A DNA stretch of 64,000 bases from an uncultured Bacteroidales bacterium. Its GTDB lineage: Bacteria > Bacteroidota > Bacteroidia > Bacteroidales > UBA1715. Within the stretch, counting starts at the first letter, position 1, and every line of letters begins with the position of its first letter. Positions 9,409-20,117 of this stretch are shown in pieces. A program made the position numbers and the translations under genes. The stretch spans positions 80,326 through 144,325 of the forward strand of contig CAYFVM010000002.1 in NCBI GenBank assembly GCA_964346725.1. Direction: 5' to 3'. The notes under the pieces are model-generated. The model was not told the origin of the DNA, made no database searches, and was given only the letters and a program-made list of their open reading frames with translations.

Positions 9409-12400
9409 TTATTTGTTTTCTTTCTCTTCGTTGTTTTCTTCCAATTCGATATTCATGAAGACAAACGATTTGCGAACTTCTTCTTCTTTATTGCGTTCAC
9501 TATGTTTTGACATCATGGCATACATTACCGGCACAACTAAAAGGGTGATGATTGTAGAAACTAACAAACCGCCAATAACCACATATCCCATGGTGTTCCA
9601 TAGTTCGGAACCTTCACTTCGACTCAATGCCATAGGCACCATACCAAGTACGGTTGTAAAAGCGGTCATCAATACCGGTCGCAAACGTGATTCACCTGAA
9701 AGTGCAATAGCTTCGTTGAGTTCGTATCCACGGTCACGCATCAAGTTAATGTAGTCAACGAGCACAATACCGTTTTTCACAACAATACCGATAAGTAGAA
9801 TTACACCCAACGAACCAACCATATCAAGGTTTTCACCCGTTACGAGCAATGCTAATATTACACCGGTAATGGCAAATGGTATGGCCATCATGATAATGAA
9901 CGGTTTCGAGAATGATTCAAATTGAGAAGCCATTACGATGTATACGAGAATCATAATCAAAAGGGCAAGCATTCCCATATCGCCGAATGATTCTTGTTGG
10001 TCTTCATAACTACCACCTACGTTAACAGACACGCCTTGTGGTATGTCCATTTTCTTAAGTTCATCTTGAATCGCAACTGCAACTGAACTTAATGATGCAT
10101 TGTACGGAGTAACGCTAACGGTTACAATACGTTGGCGATTCTTTCTTGAGATCTCAGGAGGACACCAATATTCTTTAATTTCAGCTATTTCGTTAAGCTT
10201 TACAGTTCCACCGGTAGACGTTGTGAACGAAAGGTTTTCAATATCGGAAATAGAATTACGATCGTCTTCGCTGAGTCGAGCTACAATGCTGTATTCTTCA
10301 CCATCTTCTTTAAAGTATCCAGCAGTCATACCGTAAACTCTGTAGCGAACTAATGCAGCAACTGTTGCAGAATTCAAACCTAAACGTGACATTTTTTCTT
10401 TGTCAAAGTTGATTTGCAATTCAGCTCTATCTTCTTTACGGTCAATCTTAACGTCACGAGCTCCAGCTACGTTGTTTTCAATGTTACGTTTTAAGTCTAT
10501 AGCGGTATTAAGTGTTTTGTCAAAGTCGTATCCGTAAATTTCAACGCTTACTGAGTTTCCTCCCATTCCACCACTTCCGCTAGATACTTGGTAGTTTATA
10601 ATTTCCGGATATTTCTTTAATTCTTTACGAACGGCCTCGCTTATCTCAAAAATAGTACGATCTGTTTTGCGTTCATATTTCTTTGTCGTTTTAACCGTTA
10701 CTTCTATCGTTGTATTGTCGGTAGACGAGAATAGGGCTGCGAAACCTGCATCATCGCTCGAACCTGCTGTTGATGACACTAATATAAGGTCTTCGCCAAC
10801 AACTTCTTTTACGGTAGCTTCAATTTTACGAGCGGTCAGCAATGTTTCTTCCAAACGAGTACCACGTTGCAATTCAGCGGTAATAAAGAACCTTCCGGCA
10901 TCTTGCTCTTTCATGAAGTCCATTCCAATTTTTCCCATACCAAATGGGACAAGAGAAAGGATGAAAATGCCAAAGGTTACAAACAATGTTGTTTTTTTAT
11001 GGTTCAAACATACTCGAAGCACATTAGCATACCATGTTTCAATAGATTTTAATCCTCTTTCAATACTTCCCCAAAGAGAATGTTCTTTCTTCATTGCTTC
11101 TTTCTTTTGTGCTTCCAATTTTTCGGCAAGGTTCATGAATACCGGTTTGCCTTTAAGCATTTTTGAAGACATCATTGGAGTTAACGAGATAGCTACTGTA
11201 GTTGAGGTACAAACAACGATGGTTACAATCCAACCTAATTCTTTGAACATGATGCCGGCAATTCCGCTCAACATAGTAAGAGGAACGAATACCACTACAA
11301 TTACCAACGTGGTTGCAATAACTGACGTCCACACCTCATTGGTTGCATAAATAGATGCCTCGCGCGGACTAGACCCTCGATCAATGTGTTTTGAAATATT
11401 TTCCAAGACCACAATGGCATCATCCACAACCATACCAATTGCTACTGAAAGTGAAGCTAATGATATGATGTTTAGCGAGCTATCGGTTGCAAGCAAATAA
11501 ATGAATGCAGTGAGCAATGAGACAGGAATGGTGATGCCAATAATAAGTGTTGTTCGCCAAGATCCTAAGAAGAACCATACCACCAAAATCACGAAAAGTA
11601 AGGCGTACATTACCGATTCTTCCAATGAAGAAATAGCGTTTTCGATTTCTTCAGAACCATCGCGTATAAGTTCTATTTGAATGTCGGGAGGAAGAGTTGT
11701 TTTGATTTTTGCCATTTCGGTCCGAACTTTTTTCGCAATGTCCACAGTGTTGGCACCGGTTTGTTTGGTAATCATAAGTCGAGCACCATCCAATCCGTTG
11801 ATTTTTTCGTCCAAAGTAACGTCTTTGATAGTATCGCGAACAGTAGCTAAATCACGCACGAACACTTGTTTTCCGTCGCGTGTGGTCATAACCACAATAT
11901 CGTTTATTTCAGAACTTTCTTTGTATTCGCTTTCAACCCTCAATTGATATTGCTCTTTACCCATTTTAACGGTACCTGAAGCCAAGTTTAAGTTGTTAGT
12001 AGCAATTGCGTTACCAACAGCTTCTACGCTCAAATGGTATGCGTCAAGTTGTTTTGGATCTAAGTCAATGTAAATGTAGCGTTCTGGAGCACCTGAAACG
12101 GTGATGTTTCCAATACCATCAATACGATTGAGCACGTTGGTAATGTTTTCATCAATAATTTTTTCAAGTCCCGGATAGCTTTCTTTTGCAGTGAACCCAT
12201 ATACTAAGATAGGAGCTGCACTTGAGTTTAATTTTAGAATAGTAGGACGGCTAACTCCGTCAGGAAGGTTGTCGTACACTAAGTCAACGTAAGAACGTAT
12301 GTCGTTTAATGCCTCGTCAATGTCTGAACCCCACTCAAATTCCAAAGTAACAATAGAGATGTTGTCTTTTGATGTTGAATAGATGTTTTTCAATCCGTCA

Positions 12401-12621
12401 ACCGAGTTAAGCGCATTTTCTATGATTTTAGAAATTTTGGTCTCAATTTCGCTGGCATTTGCTCCAGGGTATGTTGTCATTACAGTAACGTACGGAGGAT
12501 CAATTTCTGGGAATTGGTCAACCGGTAGTTTTGTAAATGAGAAAATACCGAGTATCATTACCGCAACGAAAACGAGCGCGGTAGTGATAGGTTTGTTTAT
12601 GGCTGTTTTGTAAATACTCAT
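9409..12621 (-). CDS. RND efflux transporter permease (AcrB/HAE1-like)
   Basis: 1070 aa with the 12-TM RND architecture. The N-terminus MSIYKTAINKPITTALVFVAVMILG and two large periplasmic loops are present. Confidence 0.95.
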   Translation of the reverse strand: MSIYKTAINKPITTALVFVAVMILGIFSFTKLPVDQFPEIDPPYVTVMTTYPGANASEIETKISKIIENALNSVDGLKNIYSTSKDNISIVTLEFEWGSDIDEALNDIRSYVDLVYDNLPDGVSRPTILKLNSSAAPILVYGFTAKESYPGLEKIIDENITNVLNRIDGIGNITVSGAPERYIYIDLDPKQLDAYHLSVEAVGNAIATNNLNLASGTVKMGKEQYQLRVESEYKESSEINDIVVMTTRDGKQVFVRDLATVRDTIKDVTLDEKINGLDGARLMITKQTGANTVDIAKKVRTEMAKIKTTLPPDIQIELIRDGSEEIENAISSLEESVMYALLFVILVVWFFLGSWRTTLIIGITIPVSLLTAFIYLLATDSSLNIISLASLSVAIGMVVDDAIVVLENISKHIDRGSSPREASIYATNEVWTSVIATTLVIVVVFVPLTMLSGIAGIMFKELGWIVTIVVCTSTTVAISLTPMMSSKMLKGKPVFMNLAEKLEAQKKEAMKKEHSLWGSIERGLKSIETWYANVLRVCLNHKKTTLFVTFGIFILSLVPFGMGKIGMDFMKEQDAGRFFITAELQRGTRLEETLLTARKIEATVKEVVGEDLILVSSTAGSSDDAGFAALFSSTDNTTIEVTVKTTKKYERKTDRTIFEISEAVRKELKKYPEIINYQVSSGSGGMGGNSVSVEIYGYDFDKTLNTAIDLKRNIENNVAGARDVKIDRKEDRAELQINFDKEKMSRLGLNSATVAALVRYRVYGMTAGYFKEDGEEYSIVARLSEDDRNSISDIENLSFTTSTGGTVKLNEIAEIKEYWCPPEISRKNRQRIVTVSVTPYNASLSSVAVAIQDELKKMDIPQGVSVNVGGSYEDQQESFGDMGMLALLIMILVYIVMASQFESFSKPFIIMMAIPFAITGVILALLVTGENLDMVGSLGVILLIGIVVKNGIVLVDYINLMRDRGYELNEAIALSGESRLRPVLMTAFTTVLGMVPMALSRSEGSELWNTMGYVVIGGLLVSTIITLLVVPVMYAMMSKHSERNKEEEVRKSFVFMNIELEENNEEKENK

Positions 12622-12640
12622 TGTAGTTTTTTTTGAATTA

Positions 12641-13669
12641 TTATTCTACCACTTTAATAACAGAACCTTCAATAAGGCGAGCTTGACCGGTTGTTACTAA
12701 TTGAGCACCGGGTTTTATTTCGTTAGAAATGATTTCAATTTTGTCGTCAAAACGTTGTCCTAATGTTACTGCAACACGTTTCGCAACACCATTGTCGTTA
12801 ATGTATACATAGCGGTCGTTAGATCCTTGTAATTTCAATACTGATTGGTAAGGAACAACCATTGCATCAGTTTCACCCAATGCAAGTAGAGCGTGTGAAT
12901 ACATACCTGGACGTAGTACTTCGTCGGTGTTAGGTATTTTAACTTTTACTTTGAATGTGTGAGTTGTTGCATCAATTGTAGGGTAGATAATTTCTATAGT
13001 ACCTTTGAAAATCTTGTCGGTATAAATGTCAGTTTTTAGAGAAACTTCCATGCCTTCTTTTACAAGAGGGTAAAATGTTTCAGGAATGTTTATGAATGCT
13101 TTTAATGTTTTAATTTGGGTAAGAACAAGAATTGGAACGCCAGAGTATAATTCTCCGTTTTCATAATTTTTGGCAGAAATAACACCTGCAAAGTCGGCTT
13201 TAACAAAAGTGTTTTTTGTTAAGAATGCAAGGCTTTGTTTTGCTTGGTCGTATCCTAATTTTGTTTGGTCATAGACTTGTTGTGTTACATTACCCGTTTC
13301 TTTCAATGCCTCAACACGTTTCATTTCGGTTGCAAGGTTTGTAACTGTTAAACTAGCAGTGTTGTATTGCTGTTGGTTCATTGTAACAAGAGTTTGACCA
13401 CTTGATACCTTGTCGCCTACTTCTACGTGGATTTTTTCAATATTTCCGGTAACTGAAGGCGCAATGTTCATTGTTTCGTATCCTTCAAGTGTAGTTGTTA
13501 TGTCAAGAGTCTTTGCTATTCTTTGCGGAGAAAGAACCATTACTTTAACAGGTTCTACTTGTACAGAGTCTTCTTTCTGTACTGTTTGGTTCTCTTCTTT
13601 TTTACCACCGCAACTCATAATTCCTAAAGTTAAGAGTACGATAACTGCGTTCCTCATTATTCGTTTCAT
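12641..13669 (-). CDS. RND efflux periplasmic adaptor (membrane fusion protein)
   Basis: 342 aa. Lipobox MSCGG, with lipoyl / beta-barrel segments (VGDKVSSGQTLVTM, ...GMYSHALL...). Confidence 0.9.
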   Translation of the reverse strand: MKRIMRNAVIVLLTLGIMSCGGKKEENQTVQKEDSVQVEPVKVMVLSPQRIAKTLDITTTLEGYETMNIAPSVTGNIEKIHVEVGDKVSSGQTLVTMNQQQYNTASLTVTNLATEMKRVEALKETGNVTQQVYDQTKLGYDQAKQSLAFLTKNTFVKADFAGVISAKNYENGELYSGVPILVLTQIKTLKAFINIPETFYPLVKEGMEVSLKTDIYTDKIFKGTIEIIYPTIDATTHTFKVKVKIPNTDEVLRPGMYSHALLALGETDAMVVPYQSVLKLQGSNDRYVYINDNGVAKRVAVTLGQRFDDKIEIISNEIKPGAQLVTTGQARLIEGSVIKVVE

Positions 13670-13679
13670 AATTTCTGTT

Positions 13680-14981
13680 CTATTTGTTTAACAAGTCTTC
13701 TAATTCTACTTTTGCATTAATTAAATCGAGTATAGCTGATATATATGAGCTTTGTGCGGATAATAGGTTTGAACTGGCTGTGGTTACTTCCAAACTTGAA
13801 GCTGCTCCTTGCTCATATTTTATTGTAATATTGTCATATACGCGTTTGGTAACATCAAAATTGTTTGTTTGAATTTCGTAGTTTTCGTACGCTGATGTTA
13901 CATTGTAGCGTAATTGTTTTTCTTGTATCAACAATCCCGCTTTTGTATCGTTGAATGAGTTCTCTGTCTTTTTGTAAGAAATTTTTGCTTCTTTGATTTC
14001 ACTCATTCTTTGCCAAGAAGTCCATAGAGGTATGCTAACAGACACGCCAATGATATTTGGTGGAGTTGATTCCATCATAGGTTTGTCACCGAAATAGCTA
14101 ATGTTATTATATTGGTGGAATGCAGCAACTGTTGGTGCAAATGTAACTTGGCTTGCACGTACTTGTTTTTTAGATAATTCAAGATTTTTTTGCAACAATT
14201 GATAATTATAGTTGCTGTCTATTTCAAATTGAGTATTAAGCAACGACATTGCTTCATTCACATTTATAAGGTTCTCAATTTTGTCGGTAAGTACCAATTT
14301 AGTATTTACGTCAGCTCCAAGTTGTAGTACCATAGAATTGTAAAGCACTTCAAGAGCACGTTTTGTAGAATGAATGCCCGAACGCATGGTTGCAACTTGT
14401 ACCAACAATTTGTCGGCATCGGTTTGTTCTATAACACCAATTTTCACGGACTTTTCTGTCATTTGGTGTAGTTTTTCCATGTTCTCTAAGTTCTTCTCAA
14501 GCAACGTAATGGTAGATTCCATTGCGAGAATAGACATATACGTTTTAGTGACGTTTGATGCAATCGTTTGTTCGGTTTTTTTTAGAGACAAGTTAGCCAT
14601 ATCTATGGCGATTTTTTGCATTTGCATTCCAACGATTTGTGCACCGGTAATTGCCATTGATGTTGAAATTCCAAGAGTTCCGGTGTTTGGCATTGATTTC
14701 GTAAGTGAAGGAATGCCCATGCCCATGTCCATTTTCATTTCGAATCCACACATGTTTGAGTAGTCGTATGATGCTTTGACTTGAGGAAGCATAGTGGCTA
14801 TAATTTGCCAACGGTTTGCTTCTGCAATTTGCGCATCTAAAGATGCGTTTTGCAGCGTTCTATTGTGATTGAGCGCATATTGTTTTGCTTCATCAATTGT
14901 TAATGACATCTCATTTTCTTGAGCGAATGTAAAGTTTAGCATTCCAAGAAATAGTGAGAGAATTAGAATTGTCTTTTTCAT
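13680..14981 (-). CDS. TolC-family outer-membrane efflux protein
   Basis: 433 aa with a signal peptide and two repeated alpha-helical/beta halves typical of TolC-like OMPs. It is the first gene of the RND operon. Confidence 0.9.
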   Translation of the reverse strand: MKKTILILSLFLGMLNFTFAQENEMSLTIDEAKQYALNHNRTLQNASLDAQIAEANRWQIIATMLPQVKASYDYSNMCGFEMKMDMGMGIPSLTKSMPNTGTLGISTSMAITGAQIVGMQMQKIAIDMANLSLKKTEQTIASNVTKTYMSILAMESTITLLEKNLENMEKLHQMTEKSVKIGVIEQTDADKLLVQVATMRSGIHSTKRALEVLYNSMVLQLGADVNTKLVLTDKIENLINVNEAMSLLNTQFEIDSNYNYQLLQKNLELSKKQVRASQVTFAPTVAAFHQYNNISYFGDKPMMESTPPNIIGVSVSIPLWTSWQRMSEIKEAKISYKKTENSFNDTKAGLLIQEKQLRYNVTSAYENYEIQTNNFDVTKRVYDNITIKYEQGAASSLEVTTASSNLLSAQSSYISAILDLINAKVELEDLLNK

Positions 14982-15001
14982 CTTTGTTATTTATTTCGTT
15001 G

Positions 15002-15009
15002 CAAAAATA
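15002..15009 (-). promoter_or_regulatory. -7 box TAttTTTG (tolC / MFP / RND operon)
   Basis: Reverse-strand TAnnTTTG match 20 nt upstream of the ATG at 14981. Confidence 0.45.
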
Positions 15010-15209
15010 TCTATTTTTTTTATAATATTTTTTTTATTATACGAACACTGTTAATAAGTAGATTATTGTGTTTGATAGATAAACATAAAAAACCTTGCAA
15101 AGGTATTTTTTTCCTTTTGTTAATGAATTATTTTTTTTCGTTTTTTCTCTAAAGCTTCTCATTCTGTATCTGAAATGAATAGAATGGAGTTTCTAATGCA
15201 GATACGTAT

Positions 15210-18200
15210 TTATCGTATGAGAGTAATGTGACCTTTTTCAAGTATGTCTTCACCTTTAAGATTTTTAGCTTTTATTGTGTAACTGAAGGTGTCAATACCT
15301 TGTGGTTTCCCTTTAAATGAACCATCCCATCCTTGATTGATGTCATTCGTTTCAAAAACAATTTGTCCCCACCGGTTGTATATAGTTACACTGATAAATT
15401 CTTTTATACCCCAACCGCGAACAAATGCAAAGTCGTTTTTGCCATCTCCGTTTGGCGTAAATGCTTCAGGCATAGCAACTTTACAATCCATAATAATATT
15501 GAAACGAATTGTAGTGTCGTTTGTGAAGCAACCGAGAGAATCGGCCATACTTATGGTGTAATTAATGAATTCGGGGAAAAGAAGGCAGTCGTCGTATGAA
15601 ATTTCTCCGCACGATAAATCAAGGTCTGGACTATAGCAGTCGGTGCAAGAAAGATATGTTGATGGAGACCATGTGTATGAAACTCCAGGAATTTTTGTCG
15701 CATTTACATTGTATATCTGTCCTGCTACAACTTCGTTTGTGACTTTTGATATGTTGTGCAATAGACCATCTGTGCCATAGTAGAGAAGCAGTGAATCAGG
15801 AGCACCTTGATAACGAGGTTTTTGTTGTACATATACATATATGCTGTCGGTATCGTTACAGTCGTGTATGCTTGTGGTAGTCGCATATACATATTGTGAG
15901 TTCTTTATAGTAATGTCGGTATTGGAACTTTTTGGTGCTGAAAATAATTCAGCAGGTTGCCATTGCAACGAAGTGTAGTCGCCTGTGGCTTGGGCATGAA
16001 TAGTTTCTCCATAGCAAATTACTGAATCTAAATCTATTGCAATGTTTGCTGTAGGATATGCAGTTACATTTTTGCTGATAGAGTCATTACAAATATTCGA
16101 TGTAACGGTGAGAGAAATTGGGTAAATTGAATCCACTTCAGGGACTATTATTTCTGGATTTTTTTCTATTGAAGTTGTCCCATCTGGTAAATACCACAGA
16201 TATGAAGCGTCTTTGCCTGCAATGGAAGTATTGTATAAGGTCACGGAATAAGGTGCACAACCAATAGTGTCAGTGTCGGTAAGGCCACGTGTAAAATTGG
16301 CTATTACGGGGAATATGGTAACGTTTGTCGAAATGTCTCGTGGCTTACAGCCTTCTGCATCTACGATAAATTGAATTTTGTATGTATTGTCATTGGTGGT
16401 CGCAAGTGCGTTATAGTCATGTACTGTAGTTCGCCCATCCATATCGGCATGCTGGCCATCACCAAATTCCCAATACGCATTGTAACGATACAGATTAAGC
16501 GTATCAAACAACGAAAATGTAATGTCTTCTCGGATACAAGCTTCGTTTTTATCGGCCATAATAGTGGCTTCATATCCGGGAACGTGAACCGTAGCGCTTG
16601 TTGTCATATTCTCGCAACCGTGGTATTTACTTTTAGTTTGTAAAAAAAGTTTTTGGTCGCCATAGTTGTTAAATGTGACTACTTGCAAATTGCGGCGGTT
16701 GCTCACATAGATAGAATCTCCATTGTCTATTTTCCACCAGTTAAATGAGTTTATACTTGAAGTGTAAATGGTGTTATTTAAATAAATAATGAATTTTTGT
16801 CCTGGTTCTTTGCATTTGTCAGAGCTTTTGATAACAATTCTCGCATCAGCGGCTTTTACATCAATGGAAACAGTGCTTGTGTCTACGCATTCGTTTCCTT
16901 CGGGACTTATAGCATAGGCTATAAACTTAGCGTCATATTTTTTTGTACCAAGTGTTGCCTTTTCGTATAAGTGAATTGTAGTGTCAGCAGGATTTCCAGT
17001 ATTTTCTTCTGTCGTGCCATCGCCAAAATCCCATTTATAGTGCGAAAGATTATTTGCTAATTCTGGACAACACAACGTGTTTCGTACAAATTCAGTTTCA
17101 AAACCTAAACAAACGTTGGGATACAATGCTGCTATCTTAGAATTAGGTACGATTGGTTTTACGTAGTTAACTTTTTGAGCTTCGTCAGTACATCCAAATT
17201 CATCGGTAACCTTGAGAGTAATGGTTTTGAATCCTTCGGTTTCAAATGGTATGGTAACTGATTTTTCATTGTCTTCGGAGAGAGTCGTATTATCAACTTT
17301 CCATTCTCGTTTGGCAATGATTGATTCACTTTTGCTGGTGTCAGTAAATGTGGTAGTAAAAGGAAGACAATCTGAAAGTATATCTCCGACAAATTCTGCA
17401 TTAGGATTGGCTATTTTTATCGGTTTTGTAATAGTGTCTTTGCAGCCGTTAATGTCAGTTGCAACCACTGTTACACTTGTTATGTTGGTAGTGTCAACAA
17501 AATAGAGATATGAAGGATCAGGTTCTATTACTTCGGTAACTTCATTTCCACATTCATCAGTGTATGTTATAGTCTTGCTTAAGTCGAAACGTGAAATTGA
17601 ATTTCCGGATTTTATTGCAAACGTTGATTGTTTTTTGATAGTATTCCAATCGTATAGCCAAGTCAAATTAGCAATGTCTTGCCCCATACTTGTATTTACA
17701 TCAAAGAGTATGTGTGAATTGAGGCAGTATGTATCATACACCAAACCGAAGTCAGCTATGATCTTGGTTATTTGAAGAGTTAATTCTCCTGTCATTTCAC
17801 AGTCGGAGTCAGTGTTTTTTGCAATAACCCTAACTTTATATTCACCGCGACCGCCATAATGGTCAAAATCAACGAGTATGCTATTTACGTTTGATGCAAT
17901 TAACTCTTCCCCGGTTCCTGCCGTAATGTTTTCTATATACCAATTTGTGTTAGTTACGCCTATGGATTTGGGAGTGCTGAATGTGTATATTGTTGGGTTC
18001 TCACAATCTATTTTTGATGATTCAATATCAATAATAGGACCGTTGATTACTACGGTATGATTGTCAGTTATTGTAATAGAGCATCCATTGTCCGATACGT
18101 AATATGATGAGGTGTGAGTACCAATGGTATCTTGGATTTGCATATTACCTATGCTAGGAATTGGGCTTAATATTTTGCTTGTTGGTTGGCCATTTTCTGC

Positions 18201-20117
18201 CATGTATGCAACAATAAGTGTGTCAAATTCAGAAGAATAGCGTGACGCGCCATCATTGAATGTAGTAGAAATTCCTAAAATATCATTGGCACAAAGAGTA
18301 TCTTTGTCATAGCTTATAGAAATATTTGGCACATTGCCAACTTTTACTGCTTTTTCTATTTTGTATTTAAGTGTGTCGGAACAACCCTTGTATGTTTCGA
18401 TAATTGCAACAGGAAAGAATGCACCAGTTTCGGTATAGGTAAAATTAAAATCCTCGCTTCCGGATGTCGACAGGGCATCAAAAGCAGTAGTAGAAGAAGA
18501 GTTTTGGTTATCTCCAAAAAACATTGTCATCGATTTTATGGAGTCTTGTTGAGTGTTGTATTTATAGTAGTTAGAAAACGAAACATCAAGAGGTACGCAT
18601 CCGCTGGTAGGGGACGTGAGGTTATTTGTTATCTCTGGTATTGCGATTTCTATATCTTTAGAAATTGTCTTTGAGTGTCGGCAATAGTTAGGAGAAATGG
18701 CATAAACTTTATCCTTGTAATGTCCTTCATCCATATATTTAATTTGGTACGTGTCACCAAGATATAGGTATTCTGAATACCCAAACCGCCACAAAAATTC
18801 AGTTCCTTCAATATTACTTGTGGCAGAGTAGTCTACAACAGCGGGAATGGTACAAAAAAAGCCTTCGGTAGGTTTAATGCTGATTTCAAGAGGTTCTTCA
18901 ACAGTGAATGTTCGTATTGTTTCCTTTGAGCATGCGCCATTGTTGGTGGTGAGTTTTACGGTATATGTGCCACTTTGAGTAAAATCGTATGAAAAACTTT
19001 GCTCGGTTGACTCTATGGAACCATCGGCATTGAGATCCCATTCCCATGTAATATTATCTTTTGAAGGGGTTGCGTCTGTAAATGTAATTGTTCCTATACA
19101 TGCTTTATTGCCATTGGTTATGACTTTAATGGTACCACCGTGGTCTTTATTTAATTTACATGGACAAGTGCTGAGTGAGTCCATCTCCATGTATGTGTCA
19201 TAGTTCTCTGGGTCAAATTCAACAGGAGGGAATTTGTCGGTAATTTGAATTTCAGGCTTGTAATCAATGAGTTGTATGCGTCGTGACGTGCTGCTTTCGC
19301 ACCCTGAAACGGATGCTGTTGATAATATAGGGTAATATGTCCCGTATCCGTTGTATGTGTGATTAGGAGGATTTTTTCCAATAAAAATATCGGAACCATC
19401 GCCAAAGTCCCATTTATATTCGGTTGCATTTTCGGCCGTTGATGTGTTTGTGAATTTAACTGCAAGTGTGGGTTCGCATACGCGACTCTTGTCGGCTATA
19501 AATGATATAGAAGGGTAGTCGTTAAATGTAGTTACGGAGATTGCTTTTCGTTCACGGTTGGAACATCCGTGCGCATCCATAATAGAGAGAAAAATTTCAA
19601 AATCACCTTTAAAACCAAATGTGTGAGGAGGGGGCGTTTCGGTTAAATAACTTGATCCGTCTGACAAAATCCAAGTATACGATAGAATTGTAGTGTCGGA
19701 ATAAATAGTGTCTATGGAAAATTGGAATGCTTTGTTCTCGCAATTGAATAATTTATCTGTTGTAATGATAACATCGGGGTCGGGAAATACCGTAATGTAA
19801 TCAGGTTTTGTGATAGTGGCAACTAATTTTTTCGTTTTGTCGTACACTTTCATTGTTATAGTGTACTTGCCCGGATTTATGTATGTGTTTTGTACACTAT
19901 CAACTTGTGTAGAGTATTTTCCTGATTCTACGATCCATTCATACGTATAATCCATTTTTACAGAATCAGTTGTTGTGTTTAGAAAAACAACTTTCAGCGG
20001 ACTACATCCTTCAATGGTATCAGCAGTAAAATCAAAAGATTGAGAAAATAATATACAGGGAAAGTGTAAAAAAAATAAGATAAGAGTTATCTTTGTCATC
20101 TTTGTCATCTTTGTCAT
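15210..20117 (-). CDS. giant PKD-repeat cell-surface protein with a type-B T9SS C-terminal sorting domain
   Basis: Many PKD-like repeats (..WDFGDGS.., ..WEFGDGQ..). The last ~85 aa (AFTPNGDGKNDFAFVRGWGI..VTIYNRWGQIVFE..GWDGSFKGKPQ..FSYTIKA..GHITLIR) match the gliding-motility-associated (CHU_C / type B) CTD. The start is ambiguous: three tandem ATGs at 20117, 20108 and 20099 (MTKMTKMTKITLILFF...) or the track's ATG at 20150. Confidence 0.9.
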   Translation of the reverse strand: MTKMTKMTKITLILFFLHFPCILFSQSFDFTADTIEGCSPLKVVFLNTTTDSVKMDYTYEWIVESGKYSTQVDSVQNTYINPGKYTITMKVYDKTKKLVATITKPDYITVFPDPDVIITTDKLFNCENKAFQFSIDTIYSDTTILSYTWILSDGSSYLTETPPPHTFGFKGDFEIFLSIMDAHGCSNRERKAISVTTFNDYPSISFIADKSRVCEPTLAVKFTNTSTAENATEYKWDFGDGSDIFIGKNPPNHTYNGYGTYYPILSTASVSGCESSTSRRIQLIDYKPEIQITDKFPPVEFDPENYDTYMEMDSLSTCPCKLNKDHGGTIKVITNGNKACIGTITFTDATPSKDNITWEWDLNADGSIESTEQSFSYDFTQSGTYTVKLTTNNGACSKETIRTFTVEEPLEISIKPTEGFFCTIPAVVDYSATSNIEGTEFLWRFGYSEYLYLGDTYQIKYMDEGHYKDKVYAISPNYCRHSKTISKDIEIAIPEITNNLTSPTSGCVPLDVSFSNYYKYNTQQDSIKSMTMFFGDNQNSSSTTAFDALSTSGSEDFNFTYTETGAFFPVAIIETYKGCSDTLKYKIEKAVKVGNVPNISISYDKDTLCANDILGISTTFNDGASRYSSEFDTLIVAYMAENGQPTSKILSPIPSIGNMQIQDTIGTHTSSYYVSDNGCSITITDNHTVVINGPIIDIESSKIDCENPTIYTFSTPKSIGVTNTNWYIENITAGTGEELIASNVNSILVDFDHYGGRGEYKVRVIAKNTDSDCEMTGELTLQITKIIADFGLVYDTYCLNSHILFDVNTSMGQDIANLTWLYDWNTIKKQSTFAIKSGNSISRFDLSKTITYTDECGNEVTEVIEPDPSYLYFVDTTNITSVTVVATDINGCKDTITKPIKIANPNAEFVGDILSDCLPFTTTFTDTSKSESIIAKREWKVDNTTLSEDNEKSVTIPFETEGFKTITLKVTDEFGCTDEAQKVNYVKPIVPNSKIAALYPNVCLGFETEFVRNTLCCPELANNLSHYKWDFGDGTTEENTGNPADTTIHLYEKATLGTKKYDAKFIAYAISPEGNECVDTSTVSIDVKAADARIVIKSSDKCKEPGQKFIIYLNNTIYTSSINSFNWWKIDNGDSIYVSNRRNLQVVTFNNYGDQKLFLQTKSKYHGCENMTTSATVHVPGYEATIMADKNEACIREDITFSLFDTLNLYRYNAYWEFGDGQHADMDGRTTVHDYNALATTNDNTYKIQFIVDAEGCKPRDISTNVTIFPVIANFTRGLTDTDTIGCAPYSVTLYNTSIAGKDASYLWYLPDGTTSIEKNPEIIVPEVDSIYPISLTVTSNICNDSISKNVTAYPTANIAIDLDSVICYGETIHAQATGDYTSLQWQPAELFSAPKSSNTDITIKNSQYVYATTTSIHDCNDTDSIYVYVQQKPRYQGAPDSLLLYYGTDGLLHNISKVTNEVVAGQIYNVNATKIPGVSYTWSPSTYLSCTDCYSPDLDLSCGEISYDDCLLFPEFINYTISMADSLGCFTNDTTIRFNIIMDCKVAMPEAFTPNGDGKNDFAFVRGWGIKEFISVTIYNRWGQIVFETNDINQGWDGSFKGKPQGIDTFSYTIKAKNLKGEDILEKGHITLIR

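Noticed and set aside
10667-11350. A 227-aa forward ORF, and several shorter ones, antisense to the RND pump gene.
   Set aside because: It lies entirely inside a very well supported 1070-aa RND CDS. The translation is low-complexity and Ser/Val-rich with no recognisable motif, as expected of antisense frames.
15092-15104. The small palindrome ACCTT-GCA-AAGGT with flanking A/T runs, considered as terminator of the T9SS cargo gene.
   Set aside because: A 5-bp stem is too weak to call. The 228-bp AT-rich spacer probably holds the real signals, but I cannot resolve them.
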